64,000 bases of DNA from an uncultured Acidobacteriota bacterium. GTDB taxonomy: Bacteria; Acidobacteriota; Vicinamibacteria; Vicinamibacterales; 2-12-FULL-66-21. Shown here in pieces: positions 36,707 through 46,309 of this stretch (the stretch's first letter is position 1; each line of letters begins with the position of its first letter). A program made the position numbers and the translations under genes. The notes under the pieces are model-generated. The model was not told the DNA's origin. It saw nothing but the letters and a program-made list of their open reading frames with translations, and did not search any database. The stretch spans positions 156,740 to 220,739 of the forward strand of contig CAWFPR010000013.1 in the NCBI GenBank assembly GCA_963817635.1, given 5' to 3'.

Positions 36707-37184
36707 ATCGCCGCCGAAGGCCCTTCTTCGCGGCGGCCTTCCGCTTCGGCGCGGCCCTTCGTGCGGCGGCCTTCTTCTTCGGTGCCGCGCGCTTCGCGGC
36801 GGCCTTCTTCTTCGACGCTGCGCGCTTCGCGGCGGCCTTCTTCTTCGGCGCTGCGCGCTTCGCGGCGGCCTTCTTCTTCGGCGCCGCGCGCTTCGCGGCG
36901 GCCTTCTTCTTCGGTGCCGCGCGCTTCACGGCGGCCTTCTTCTTTGGCGCGGCGGGCATCACCGCCGCCCTCTTCGGGGCGGCGGCCTTCTTCGCGGCCG
37001 GTTTCGCCCGCTCCATCCTGCCCCCGCCCGCGCTGTCCGGCGCCGGTCCCTGAATTTCCGTGATCGTTTCAACGATTTCCGTCACGATCACGTCGTTACC
37101 GTCGAACGGGCTGCCATCGATGTCGTCTGGGTGTGGCAGCAGGGTCTCGTCGTCTGGCTCGTCCTGGTACGGTTCGTCTGCCAT
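36705..37184 (-). CDS. histone H1-like / AlgP-like lysine-alanine repeat protein with acidic N-terminal domain
   Basis: MADEPYQDEPDDETLLPHPDDIDGSPFDGNDVIVTEIVETITEI, then about six tandem AKRAAPKKKAA units. These are encoded by a 33-bp DNA repeat between about 36760 and 36950. Confidence 0.75.
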   Translation of the reverse strand: MADEPYQDEPDDETLLPHPDDIDGSPFDGNDVIVTEIVETITEIQGPAPDSAGGGRMERAKPAAKKAAAPKRAAVMPAAPKKKAAVKRAAPKKKAAAKRAAPKKKAAAKRAAPKKKAAAKRAASKKKAAAKRAAPKKKAAARRAAPKRKAAAKKGLRRR

Positions 37185-37224
37185 CGCGTATCGTCTCCTT
37201 GTCCGTGGATTGACCTGACTGCGG

Positions 37225-38832
37225 TCAGCGGCCTCCCCCCGTGCGCGCCGGCGGTGTCGGCGGGGCAGGCATCTGATCCTTGCTGAAGCGCGGCAGCATC
37301 TCGTCGCGCATGGCGAGCTCGTAGACTGCCGCCGCAATCGAGATCGCCGATTTCTTCACGTCGTCTTCGATGATGCGCTCGTAGGTGTCGAGCGACGTAT
37401 GCCAGGTGTAGGTGCCGTATTCGATGGGATCCTGGCTGAGCCCGATGCCCGGCAGGCCGGCCTCGTTGAAGGTCGTGCTGTCGGTGCCGCCCGAACGCCG
37501 GCTGTTCGTGGCAATCGCACCGGCGACACCAAGATCGGCGAACGGCGCGAATGCTTCGCGCAGCACGGTGGCGGCTTCGTCCGGGCCGAAGACGCTGGCG
37601 CCGCGAATTCGGCCCGTGCCCGAGTCCACGTTCAGGTACCCGTCGAAGGTCGCGAACTCGGGCTTCTGGGCCTCGTACGTGCCGAAGTGCTGCGCGACGT
37701 AGGCCTTCGAGCCCAGCAGACCCTCTTCTTCACCCCCCCAGAGCGCGACCCGGATCGTTCGCCGCGGCTGCACGCCGAGCGCCTTCAGGATGCGGGCCGC
37801 CTCCATCATCACCGCGCAGCCGATGGCGTTGTCGGTGGCGCCCGTCGCCGCATGCCACGAATCCAGGTGCCCGCCGAGCATGACCACTTCGGCCTTCTTG
37901 TCGGTCCCGGCGATTTCGGCGATCGCGTTGTACGAAGTCGTGCCTTCGGGGTACGCGTGATTGACGATCGTGAACTCGAGCTTGACCGGGCTCCCGTCCG
38001 CGATCAGGCGCGAGATTCGCCCGTAGTCCTCATTGCGGAGGATCACGGTGGGCACGGCCTTCGTCACGTCGTAGGTGCTGTTCTGAAACGCGCGAATCTG
38101 GCCGTGGTCGCGCCCGGCATCGTTCACGCGCACGAGCGCGCCGCCAGCAACGAGCATGGCATCGACCTGGAGGTTGACTTGGCGCGCGGGTACGCGCCCC
38201 TGGCTGGGAGATGGGGCCGGTTGGCCGCGGCGGCCACCCCGCGCGGCCGGCGGTGTGTTCGGGTCGTACTGCCGCCGCACGTCGTCATCGTTGCGGCGCA
38301 GGGGAGCCTTGTCGATCGTCACGGGCACGACGATGGCCTTGCCGACCAGGACGATCTTGCCGGCGACGGTGCCCTTCGTCGCGGCGATCCACGCCGCCAG
38401 CTCTTCGGCGGTCGGGTTGGCCGGCGGCACGATCTGGACGGCATCGCCGCTCGCGGTGCCCTTCGTCGACGGTGTCCACCCCAGCACTTCTCCGACGAGG
38501 CTGTCCTTCACGGGGGCGACGATGAAGCCCGAGAAGCGCTCGTTGAGCCAGCCGGGATGCCCGAAATCCCACGGTTCGAGGTGGGCGTTGGTGAGGCCCC
38601 ACTCGGTCATCTGCTTGAGCGTCCATTCGGCTGCCGCTTTGTAGTTCGGGGAGCCGATCAGGCGGGGACCGTACACATCCGTCAGGTAGTGCATCGTCCG
38701 CATGATCTGGGAGTGGTCGCTCTCTTCGGCGCGTATCTTCGCGTTGATTTCGTCGTTGAGGCGTTCCGGTGCCGTCGTGGGAGTCGCGACAGCAGCCAGG
38801 ACAATCACGACGGCGGTGGCGGTCTTGAACAT
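37225..38832 (-). CDS. M28-family peptidase with PA domain, secreted
   Basis: ATG 38832, [85 protein letters not shown]. Confidence 0.85.
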   Translation of the reverse strand: MFKTATAVVIVLAAVATPTTAPERLNDEINAKIRAEESDHSQIMRTMHYLTDVYGPRLIGSPNYKAAAEWTLKQMTEWGLTNAHLEPWDFGHPGWLNERFSGFIVAPVKDSLVGEVLGWTPSTKGTASGDAVQIVPPANPTAEELAAWIAATKGTVAGKIVLVGKAIVVPVTIDKAPLRRNDDDVRRQYDPNTPPAARGGRRGQPAPSPSQGRVPARQVNLQVDAMLVAGGALVRVNDAGRDHGQIRAFQNSTYDVTKAVPTVILRNEDYGRISRLIADGSPVKLEFTIVNHAYPEGTTSYNAIAEIAGTDKKAEVVMLGGHLDSWHAATGATDNAIGCAVMMEAARILKALGVQPRRTIRVALWGGEEEGLLGSKAYVAQHFGTYEAQKPEFATFDGYLNVDSGTGRIRGASVFGPDEAATVLREAFAPFADLGVAGAIATNSRRSGGTDSTTFNEAGLPGIGLSQDPIEYGTYTWHTSLDTYERIIEDDVKKSAISIAAAVYELAMRDEMLPRFSKDQMPAPPTPPARTGGGR

Positions 38833-38917
38833 GGCAGCTCCCTCGAGTTCGTGGATGATTGCGCATAGTAGCAGAGCGCTGCGCAAAGCGTGCACCCAAT
38901 GTAAAGTGACAGGCAGG

Positions 38918-39955
38918 ATGTGGCGCCGCGCGCTCGTGATCGTCGTGGCCGTCGGGGGCGCCGTGCCCGCCGCGGCCCAGGTCCGGAGCGACGAACGGGT
39001 CGAGGTGGCGCGGGTCCTGGTCGACGCGAGGGTGACGGATAGGCAGGGACGGCCCGTTCGCGACCTGCGGGCCGCCGATTTCCAGGTGGAGATCGACGGT
39101 AGCGCCGCGCCGGTGGAGTCAGCGACGTGGATCGGCTACGCGTCCTCCACTCTCGGCGCCGGCTCCGACGGGGCGGTTACGTCCACGCCGGCCGCGGTGA
39201 GCCCGGCCCAACCCGGCCGGTTGACCGTCTTCATGTTTCAGCACAGCCTCGAACGGTCCAGGATCGGCGGGATGCTCCAGATGATGCACGAGTCCGCCCG
39301 ATTCGTCGATCGGCTTGGGCCGTCCGACCGGGGGGCCGTGGTTGTTTTCGACTCGCGCCTGCGCGTCTGGCAGGATTTCACGACCGACCGGGTGCGGCTG
39401 TCGGAGGTGCTGGGGCGGGGCATCCTGTTCGAGCGTCCGGACGAGGAACCGGCGCCGGGGGTTTCGCTCGTGGCCTCCCTGGACCGCGACGCCGCCGAGC
39501 ACGCCGCCAGCATGGAGGAGGCGCTGCTGGTGGTCGCGCGGGCGCTGCGGCCGATCGAGGGCGCCAAATCGCTGGTGATTTTCGGACACGGTTTCGGCTC
39601 GTTCACCCCCCTGGCCGGCTCGCCGACCGGGATGGCCCTCCTGGGACCCGACTACGAAGCGGCGCGCGAGGCCCTGATTGCCGCGCGCGTCACGGTCTTT
39701 GCCTTGGATATCACCAACGCCGACAGCCACACGCTCGAGGGCGGGTTGATCGCGGCAGCCGAGGATACCGGCGGGTTCTACGCCAAGGTCAATATTCAGC
39801 AGGCGGCGGCGATGGACCGGCTGGAGGGAGCACTCGACGGCTACTACCTGCTGGCCGTCGAGCGCCCGGCGACCAGCCGCGGACGTCACGACATACGGGT
39901 CAGCACGACCGTCTCGAAGGCGACCGTCTCGGCGCGGCGGTACTACGTTGACTGA
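38918..39955 (+). CDS. VWFA-related acidobacterial-domain protein (secreted von Willebrand A-like)
   Basis: [21 protein letters not shown], then [37 protein letters not shown]-like core [39 protein letters not shown], and tail [16 protein letters not shown]. Confidence 0.75.
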   Translation: MWRRALVIVVAVGGAVPAAAQVRSDERVEVARVLVDARVTDRQGRPVRDLRAADFQVEIDGSAAPVESATWIGYASSTLGAGSDGAVTSTPAAVSPAQPGRLTVFMFQHSLERSRIGGMLQMMHESARFVDRLGPSDRGAVVVFDSRLRVWQDFTTDRVRLSEVLGRGILFERPDEEPAPGVSLVASLDRDAAEHAASMEEALLVVARALRPIEGAKSLVIFGHGFGSFTPLAGSPTGMALLGPDYEAAREALIAARVTVFALDITNADSHTLEGGLIAAAEDTGGFYAKVNIQQAAAMDRLEGALDGYYLLAVERPATSRGRHDIRVSTTVSKATVSARRYYVD

Positions 39956-40229
39956 CACCTACGCGTACCACCAGCAGATCCTGGACGAACTCGCGCGTCA
40001 TGGGTTGACGCCGGCACCCACGAGTTCGCCACAGCGGCTGCGCGATGCGGTCCGGGACCTCTACAAGTACCAAATCCGCCGTCTCCGGGACGCGTATCTT
40101 GCCGGGGCCTTTCCGAAGCCGGAGTTCGCCGGCCGGGTCATCGAGCTTCGCAAGCGTTACTGGCTGTTGTCCATTCCGACCGAATTGTGGCTGCTGCCCG
40201 CCGTGCCAAAGCCGCCGGCGGCGAGATAG
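39948..40229 (+). CDS. hypothetical 93-aa protein, translationally coupled between the VWA gene and the ATPase
   Basis: TTG 39948 overlaps the VWA stop (39953-39955). Protein-like, helix-prone sequence [67 protein letters not shown]. It ends 9 nt before ATG 40239. Confidence 0.5.
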   Translation: MTDTYAYHQQILDELARHGLTPAPTSSPQRLRDAVRDLYKYQIRRLRDAYLAGAFPKPEFAGRVIELRKRYWLLSIPTELWLLPAVPKPPAAR

Positions 40230-40238
40230 GATCCGTGG

Positions 40239-42653
40239 ATGCAGGATATCGAGAAGCTGGGGCTGTTCTACCTCGGTCGCGAGTACGATCTGGCCGCGGG
40301 CACACGTCTCGAGGCACCCGTGCTGTACGACTCGCGCGACCTGGTGACTCACGCGGTCTGCGTCGGGATGACGGGGAGCGGCAAGACCGGTTTGTGCCTC
40401 TCGCTGATCGAGGAAGCCGCCATTGACGGCGTTCCAGTGATTGCCATCGATCCCAAAGGCGATCTGGGCAATCTCCTCCTCACGTTTCCGTCGCTCGCCC
40501 CGGCCGACTTCGCGCCGTGGGTGGATCCGGACGAGGCCCGCCGGGCCGGGACGACGCCGGCGGCGTACGCGGCGGACCAGGCCGAGACGTGGCGAAAAGG
40601 AATCGCCGACTGGGGCCAGGATCCCGCCCGCATCGAACGGCTCAGGGCTTCGGCCGATTTCGCCATCTACACGCCCGGCAGCCGCGCGGGTCTTCCGGTC
40701 TCGGTCCTCAGTTCGTTCGCGGCCCCAGAGCCCGCGCTCCGCGACGATCCCGAGATGCTGGCCGAGCGCGCCGGCGGGACGGCCACGAGCCTCCTGTCGC
40801 TCGCCGGCGTGGACGCCGAGCCCCGCAGCCGTGAGCACACGCTCATCGCCTCGCTCCTGGCCGCAGCCTGGAAGGAGGGGCGCGATCTCGATCTTGCGAC
40901 GCTCATTCAGCAGGTGCAGGCTCCTCCGTTCAACCGGCTTGGCGTGGTCGACCTGGACTCGTTCTTTCCACAGAAAGACCGGTTCGAGCTGGCGATGCGC
41001 TTCAATGCGGTCCTGGCGGCGCCAGGCTTCGACCAGTGGTTCGACGGCGAGCCGCTCGATCCGTCGACGCTGCTGTACACCGCCGAGGGCCGGCCGCGTG
41101 TCGCCATCCTGTCGATCGCGCATCTTGGCGACGCCGAGCGGATGTTCTTCGTGTCGCTCCTGCTGAACCAGATGGTTGCCTGGATGCGCGTCCAGAGCGG
41201 CACGTCGAGCCTCCGCGCGATCCTCTACATGGACGAGATCGCGGGCTACTTTCCGCCGGTCGCGAATCCGCCGTCCAAGCCGCCGCTGCTCACGCTGCTC
41301 AAACAGGCCCGGGCGTTCGGCCTCGGGGTCGTCCTGTCCACGCAGAATCCCGTGGATCTCGACTACAAGGGGCTGGCCAACACCGGAACGTGGTTCCTCG
41401 GGCGCCTGCAGACGGAGCGCGACAAGGCCCGCGTCCTCGACGGGTTGCAGGGCGCCGCGGCGGGCGGCCTGGATCGGGCCGAGGCCGATCGCATCCTGTC
41501 GGCGCTCGGCAAGCGCACGTTTCTCCTGCACAACGTGCACGAGAAGGGCCCGGTCGTGTTCCAGACCCGCTGGACGCTGTCGTACCTGCGCGGACCGCTG
41601 TCGCGCGACCAGATACGCGCACTGATGGCGGAGCGGGCTGATCGGCGTCCGGCCCCCGCGGAGCGTTCAGGGAAAGAAGACAACCCTGAGAAGAGTGCTG
41701 CGCCCCAGGGGAAGGACGTGCGTCCGCCTCAGTCCGGTCCGGGGGGCGAAGGGTACGGCGGAGCGCCGATCGTTCCTCCAGGCATTCAGCAGGTCTTCAT
41801 CCCGGATGGCGGCGATGCGCCGGTCTACACGCCGGTCGTCATCGGCGCGGCCCGGGTGGCCTTCGCCGATGCCGCACTGGGCGTCGACACGTCGCGCGAC
41901 GTGGTCTACGTCGCCCCCGTCGCCGACGGCGCGGTACCGGTGGACTGGGCGCAGTCGTCGCGGCTCGACGTGGCGCCCGGCGCGCTCGGCAAGGCGCCGG
42001 CTGGCGGCGCGAGCTTCCTCACGGTGCCGCAGGCGGCGCTTCAGCCCAGGAGCTTCGCCGTCTGGCAGAAGGCGCTCGCGCAATACCTTGCGCAGGCCGA
42101 GAAGATCGAACTCCTCAGGCATGGCCCGACCAGGCTGACGTCGAATCCAGGGGAGTCGGAGCGTGACTTCCGCATCCGGCTGAAGGATGCGATGCGATCG
42201 GCGCGCGACGAGGCGGTCGAGGCCGTCCGCCGGAAATATGCCTCACGGCAGGCCGCGCTCGCCGACAGGCTCCGGCGGGCGCAGGGGGTCGTGGAGCGTG
42301 AAGCGCAGCAGGCGTCGCAGCAGAAGCTGCAGACGGCCGTCTCTTTCGGCGCCACCGTCCTTGGCGCGCTCTTCGGCCGCCGCGCCGTGTCCACCGGCAC
42401 GCTCGGCCGGGCCACCACCGCGGTGCGCGGAGTCGGGCGCTCGATGAAGGAAAGCTCCGACGTCAGGCGCGCGTCCGAAGGCGTCGAGGCCGTGCAGGAA
42501 CAGGTCAGGGATCTCGAGGACAGCATCCGTCAGGAGACGCAGGCACTCGTCGCCGAGTTCGACGCGGTTCCGGCGCTCGATCGCGTGACACTTGCGCCTC
42601 GCCGCGGACAAATCACCGTGCAGTTCGTCGCGCTGGGCTGGGATCCGCGGTGA
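40239..42653 (+). CDS. HerA/FtsK-superfamily P-loop ATPase (DUF87-like) with long C-terminal coiled-coil-like tail
   Basis: THAVCVGMTGSGKTGLCLSLIEEAAIDGVPVIAIDPKGDLGNL (Walker A), RAILYMDEIAGYF (Walker B), GLGVVLSTQNPVDLDYKGLANTGTWFLGRLQTERD. A low-complexity linker (aa ~470-500) and a charged helical tail (RRKYASRQAALADRLRRAQGVVEREAQQASQQKLQ). Confidence 0.8.
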   Translation: MQDIEKLGLFYLGREYDLAAGTRLEAPVLYDSRDLVTHAVCVGMTGSGKTGLCLSLIEEAAIDGVPVIAIDPKGDLGNLLLTFPSLAPADFAPWVDPDEARRAGTTPAAYAADQAETWRKGIADWGQDPARIERLRASADFAIYTPGSRAGLPVSVLSSFAAPEPALRDDPEMLAERAGGTATSLLSLAGVDAEPRSREHTLIASLLAAAWKEGRDLDLATLIQQVQAPPFNRLGVVDLDSFFPQKDRFELAMRFNAVLAAPGFDQWFDGEPLDPSTLLYTAEGRPRVAILSIAHLGDAERMFFVSLLLNQMVAWMRVQSGTSSLRAILYMDEIAGYFPPVANPPSKPPLLTLLKQARAFGLGVVLSTQNPVDLDYKGLANTGTWFLGRLQTERDKARVLDGLQGAAAGGLDRAEADRILSALGKRTFLLHNVHEKGPVVFQTRWTLSYLRGPLSRDQIRALMAERADRRPAPAERSGKEDNPEKSAAPQGKDVRPPQSGPGGEGYGGAPIVPPGIQQVFIPDGGDAPVYTPVVIGAARVAFADAALGVDTSRDVVYVAPVADGAVPVDWAQSSRLDVAPGALGKAPAGGASFLTVPQAALQPRSFAVWQKALAQYLAQAEKIELLRHGPTRLTSNPGESERDFRIRLKDAMRSARDEAVEAVRRKYASRQAALADRLRRAQGVVEREAQQASQQKLQTAVSFGATVLGALFGRRAVSTGTLGRATTAVRGVGRSMKESSDVRRASEGVEAVQEQVRDLEDSIRQETQALVAEFDAVPALDRVTLAPRRGQITVQFVALGWDPR

Positions 42654-42673
42654 CTCGGGCGGCCGGCTGACGC

Positions 42674-43366
42674 TCAGATTTCGCGCCTGTCGCGGCCGTC
42701 CGTGTGGCCGGCGAAGTCGCTGCCGCCGGGCGACACGACCGTGATGGTTGTGGTTGTCTCCTGGCGCCACCCCGACGCGAGCAGCCACAAGCCGGCGAGG
42801 TACAGGGCGACCGTGAGCATGGCCACGTAGCCCGTTGCCGCGGAGTGGGGCTGATAGTCAATCGCACCCAGGCTGACGCCTTCGAGCAGCAGCGTCAGCA
42901 GCCGCTTGGCGGTCCCGGTCGCCGGCGCATACAGTGTTTCCAGCACGACCCACCGCAGGACCAACGCTCCGGTCAGCAGTACGCCGAGGCTCCGCAGCAG
43001 TTGCCGTGGGCCGCTGGTGCCCGCCATCGTCGTCAGGATCTGGATGAAGAAGAAGGTGATGAAGAGGACGTGCAGCAGTCCTGTCTCCGGAACCACCACG
43101 TTGAACACCTGCGCCGAGGCCGTCAGCAGCGACACGATGACGACGGTGCCGGACGCGTTCTCGAGGGCCGCACGGTGGCCGTTGACGAGGCGCCCGGTGA
43201 CCAGGACACCGCCGCGCGCCAGAGTCCCGACGAGCAGCACACCGAGGACCACCACGACCAGCGACGGCGTCAGCCACGCCACGCGCGCGTCGAGCCGCAG
43301 ACCACCGAGGAGCGTGGCCGTCAGGAAGAGCCCCGGAAGAACGAGCGCCTCGCGGACAGTCGTCAT
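42674..43366 (-). CDS. hypothetical polytopic membrane protein (about 6 TM)
   Basis: Intact 230-aa hydrophobic ORF. Its ATG shares an ATGA overlap with the stop of the upstream gene (43363-43366). Confidence 0.6.
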   Translation of the reverse strand: MTTVREALVLPGLFLTATLLGGLRLDARVAWLTPSLVVVVLGVLLVGTLARGGVLVTGRLVNGHRAALENASGTVVIVSLLTASAQVFNVVVPETGLLHVLFITFFFIQILTTMAGTSGPRQLLRSLGVLLTGALVLRWVVLETLYAPATGTAKRLLTLLLEGVSLGAIDYQPHSAATGYVAMLTVALYLAGLWLLASGWRQETTTTITVVSPGGSDFAGHTDGRDRREI

Positions 43367-43851
43367 TTCCGGCGCCGGAACACTTTCAGCGGATTGAAGT
43401 CGGAGGGCTCGCGCGTCACGCCGCGCGTGAGCTCTGCTTTCAGTTCGTCGGCGGTGTGCATCTCGATCGCCGGGTCATCGACCACGATCCGGTGATCCGG
43501 CGCGACCGCAATCGCGCGGTCCACGGCCTCGAGGCCTTTCGTGAACAGGGCGTCGTCGCTGTAGAGCCGTCCCCACCCCTGGCGGTAGTAGCTGTAGGCG
43601 ATGTAGAACTGCGCCCGCGCGTCGCGGTGTGCCGGGTCTGCCCGATCGAACGCCGCGCGCGCTTCGAGAAACGCATCACGGTGGAAGAACGCCAGGCCGT
43701 CCTGCATCGCCTGCTCGTTGATGCTGTAGGCCCCAACGCCGGAAGACAGCCCGCCTGTCACCTCGGCGACCGTCTGGGGCTGCGCGGCGTACAACCAGAC
43801 GATGAGCGCGGCGTAGAGAATCGAGAGGACAAGCCCGGCTGCACGGACCAT
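43363..43851 (-). CDS. membrane-anchored TPR-like protein
   Basis: N-terminal TM MVRAAGLVLSILYAALIVWLYAA, then a helical repeat-like region (FLEARAAFDRADPAHRDARAQFYIAYSYYRQGW..GLEAVDRAIAVAP). Confidence 0.55.
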   Translation of the reverse strand: MVRAAGLVLSILYAALIVWLYAAQPQTVAEVTGGLSSGVGAYSINEQAMQDGLAFFHRDAFLEARAAFDRADPAHRDARAQFYIAYSYYRQGWGRLYSDDALFTKGLEAVDRAIAVAPDHRIVVDDPAIEMHTADELKAELTRGVTREPSDFNPLKVFRRRK

Positions 43852-43890
43852 CGTTCCACCAGTGTAGCGCTGGTGGGCCCCGTGCGCGTG

Positions 43891-45144
43891 TCAGCGGAGA
43901 TCGAGGGCGACGATCTCTTTCTCGTTGCGGACGAAGAGCGTCGTCCCGCTGAGCGTCGGGACCGTCCAGGAGCGGCTGTCGAGGATTTGAGCCTTGGCCT
44001 GCAGCACCAGGCCGGTGTCGCCCGGCGTGGCGATGGCCAGGTTGCCGTCCTCGTCGAGGAGGATCAGCCGGGATCCCGCGCCCACGAGCGTCGCGCGGGC
44101 CACGCTCCGGTCGCGCCACGCCATGTCGCCGGTGCCGACGTCGATCGCGGCGAGCGGGGCCGAGCCGAAGTCGCCGTTCGAGGCAAAAATCCGCTGCCCG
44201 AAGCGCACGGCGTTGCCGAAGTGAATCCGGATGCGTTTGTTCGCCCAGACCTCGGTGACCGACACCGTCGATCCGCTGCGCCCGAGCTTCAGCACGCGGC
44301 TGCCGCCGTTGTACGCCGACGAGACGAACAGCAGGTGGTCGTCTCCCCAGATCGGCGTCGCGACGTTGACGCCGGAATCCGCCGGGTGCGGCTGTTGCCA
44401 CTCGAGCTGACCGGTGTCGGGATCGAGGCCCGAGATCTCGCCGTACGTGAAGACCACGAGTTCGGGACTTCCATCGAGGTCGATCAGAATCGGCGACGAA
44501 TAGCCGTTCTCGAAATCCTGCGTCTCCCAGGCGACCGCGCCTGTCGCCGCGTCGATCGCCACCACGCCGCGCCCCTTGCCGCCGACGGTCGTGATGATTC
44601 GATCCTTGTAGGCGAGCGGGCTCGACGAATAGCCGCAGGCCCGCACCGAGTCGTGGGCTCCCGCGAGCAGGTCGCGCGTCCACTGGAGCGTGCCTGTCCG
44701 GCGATCGAAGCTGTGCATCAACCCGCCGGCGCTCACGGTGACCAGGCGATCGCCGGCCACGAGCGGGGCGGCGCGCGGGGCGGGTCCGAGCTGCTGGGAA
44801 CAGGTTTCGTTGAACGGCGCCGCATACCGCGTTTCCCACGTCGTCCTGCCGGTCGCCGCCTCCATGGCGATCACGACATCGTCGTCGCCGCTCCGATAGA
44901 GCGTGTAGAGCGTGATGCCGTCGGTGACAATCGACGAGAAGCCGTCGCCTAGGGGACGGCGCCAGATCTGTCGCGGTCCGCCGTCCGGCCAGCTCGTCGC
45001 GAGCGGGGGCGCCTCGACGACGAAGTTGCGATGCGGTCCTCCCCACTGGAGCCAGGCGGTCGACCCGACAGGGGCGGGCGCCGGTCCATGACCACCAGTC
45101 AGTGCGAGCGCGGCCGTCATCGCCAGCGCCGCCGTGACGTTCAT
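43891..45144 (-). CDS. PQQ-like/BamB-like beta-propeller repeat protein, secreted
   Basis: Signal MNVTAALAMTAALALTGG, then repeated ..G..W......S.P...D..... blades (e.g. TGRTTWETRY, TGTLQWTRDL, TGAVAWETQD, TGQLEWQQPH, TGDMAWRDRS). Confidence 0.75.
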   Translation of the reverse strand: MNVTAALAMTAALALTGGHGPAPAPVGSTAWLQWGGPHRNFVVEAPPLATSWPDGGPRQIWRRPLGDGFSSIVTDGITLYTLYRSGDDDVVIAMEAATGRTTWETRYAAPFNETCSQQLGPAPRAAPLVAGDRLVTVSAGGLMHSFDRRTGTLQWTRDLLAGAHDSVRACGYSSSPLAYKDRIITTVGGKGRGVVAIDAATGAVAWETQDFENGYSSPILIDLDGSPELVVFTYGEISGLDPDTGQLEWQQPHPADSGVNVATPIWGDDHLLFVSSAYNGGSRVLKLGRSGSTVSVTEVWANKRIRIHFGNAVRFGQRIFASNGDFGSAPLAAIDVGTGDMAWRDRSVARATLVGAGSRLILLDEDGNLAIATPGDTGLVLQAKAQILDSRSWTVPTLSGTTLFVRNEKEIVALDLR

Positions 45145-46259
45145 TTCCCGTCTCCCTTCGGCGCGGCGAACAGGGCGGGATCGACCGCCTGGTCGATCGC
45201 GATGGTGTCGATCCTGGCGGTGCGGAAGCTGTCGGGTGTGCCGTCGAAGAGCGCGCGGATGTCGTAGGGCAGCAGCAGGCCGCCGGTCTGGCGATAGTCG
45301 CCGAACACGAGCGTGTACTCGCCGATCTCCGCGTTCATGTTGCGGCCCGTGAAAGCGAGGCTGTGGACGCGGCCGGAGGCCGGGTCGATCCCGAGAGTCA
45401 CGTCCACGAACCCGTTCTGAATGCGCACGCGATCGACAGGCTTGCCCGCGATCGTCTGACGGTCCAGGGCCGCCGCCTTGAACTCAGGCCCTTTCCGCGA
45501 CCGGAGCAGCGGGACCAGCGTCCGCCCGTACTCCGCTTCACTCGTCAGGCGCGCCGTCGGATTCTGCGGAAACACCCGGTCGGGGCCGCCGATGAACCAG
45601 GCGCCATCGGTCGTGACGAGCATCGCCGATGTCTGCGACCGCCCCGGCATGGACATCGTGCGCTCGGAACGGATGTCGCCGGGAAAGCGCCACGTGGTTT
45701 TCGTGGAAACGGACACGGTCATCGTGCCGCGGACCTGCTCCTGCGTGATTTCCTCGCCGTAGGTCTTGATTGTGTCGAGCTTCTCCGCGCCGCCGAGCGC
45801 GGCAACGGCGCGCTCGACCAGCGCGCGTCCGTCCGCGAGCGCCGTCGCGCCGTCCGGCATGGCGGGCACGGGCCTGGGCATGAACTTCGCCGGGGCCGCC
45901 ACGAACTTCTTGTGGCAGTCGTCGCTGCCGAAGATGTAGATCTTGCCGTCCACGACGGCGAAGTCGGAAGGATTGCCGCCCACGCCCGGTCCCATCCGGG
46001 CGCACGCCCCGTCCATCTGGATCTCGTAGCGCGCGGGATCGCGCTCGAACGTCGCCTTGCTTTCCGGCGTGGCGAACAAGTACGTGAACTTCCCGCGAAC
46101 GACCTTCAGGTCCGGCTTGCCGGACACTTCCTGTCCCTGAATCAGGAGCACGGGATCGACGCCGTCGAGCGCCTCGACAGCCGCCCCCTGCTGCGCCTGG
46201 GCGGTCATCGAAAGCGCCGCAACAGCGAACATGCCGGCCGCGAGCAGGTGGTGCTTCAT
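45141..46259 (-). CDS. secreted protein: YHS-like N-terminal domain plus LolA/LppX-like C-terminal region
   Basis: ATG 46259, MKHHLLAAGMFAVAALSMTAQA. LDGVDPVLLIQGQEVSGKPDLKVVRGKFTYLFATPESKATFERDPARY..MDGAC..VVDGKIYIFGSDDCHKKF is YHS-like. Only the last 372 codons of the 1137-codon ORF look coding. Confidence 0.6.
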   Translation of the reverse strand: MKHHLLAAGMFAVAALSMTAQAQQGAAVEALDGVDPVLLIQGQEVSGKPDLKVVRGKFTYLFATPESKATFERDPARYEIQMDGACARMGPGVGGNPSDFAVVDGKIYIFGSDDCHKKFVAAPAKFMPRPVPAMPDGATALADGRALVERAVAALGGAEKLDTIKTYGEEITQEQVRGTMTVSVSTKTTWRFPGDIRSERTMSMPGRSQTSAMLVTTDGAWFIGGPDRVFPQNPTARLTSEAEYGRTLVPLLRSRKGPEFKAAALDRQTIAGKPVDRVRIQNGFVDVTLGIDPASGRVHSLAFTGRNMNAEIGEYTLVFGDYRQTGGLLLPYDIRALFDGTPDSFRTARIDTIAIDQAVDPALFAAPKGDGK

Positions 46260-46309
46260 ATCGCCTCCTTCATACCCTCGTACCCTTTTCCATTTCCCAT
46301 TGGCGTTGC

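Noticed and set aside
36760-36950. 33-bp tandem repeat as CRISPR or minisatellite
   Set aside because: The repeats are contiguous without spacers and in frame. They encode the AKRAAPKKKAA units of the H1-like protein.
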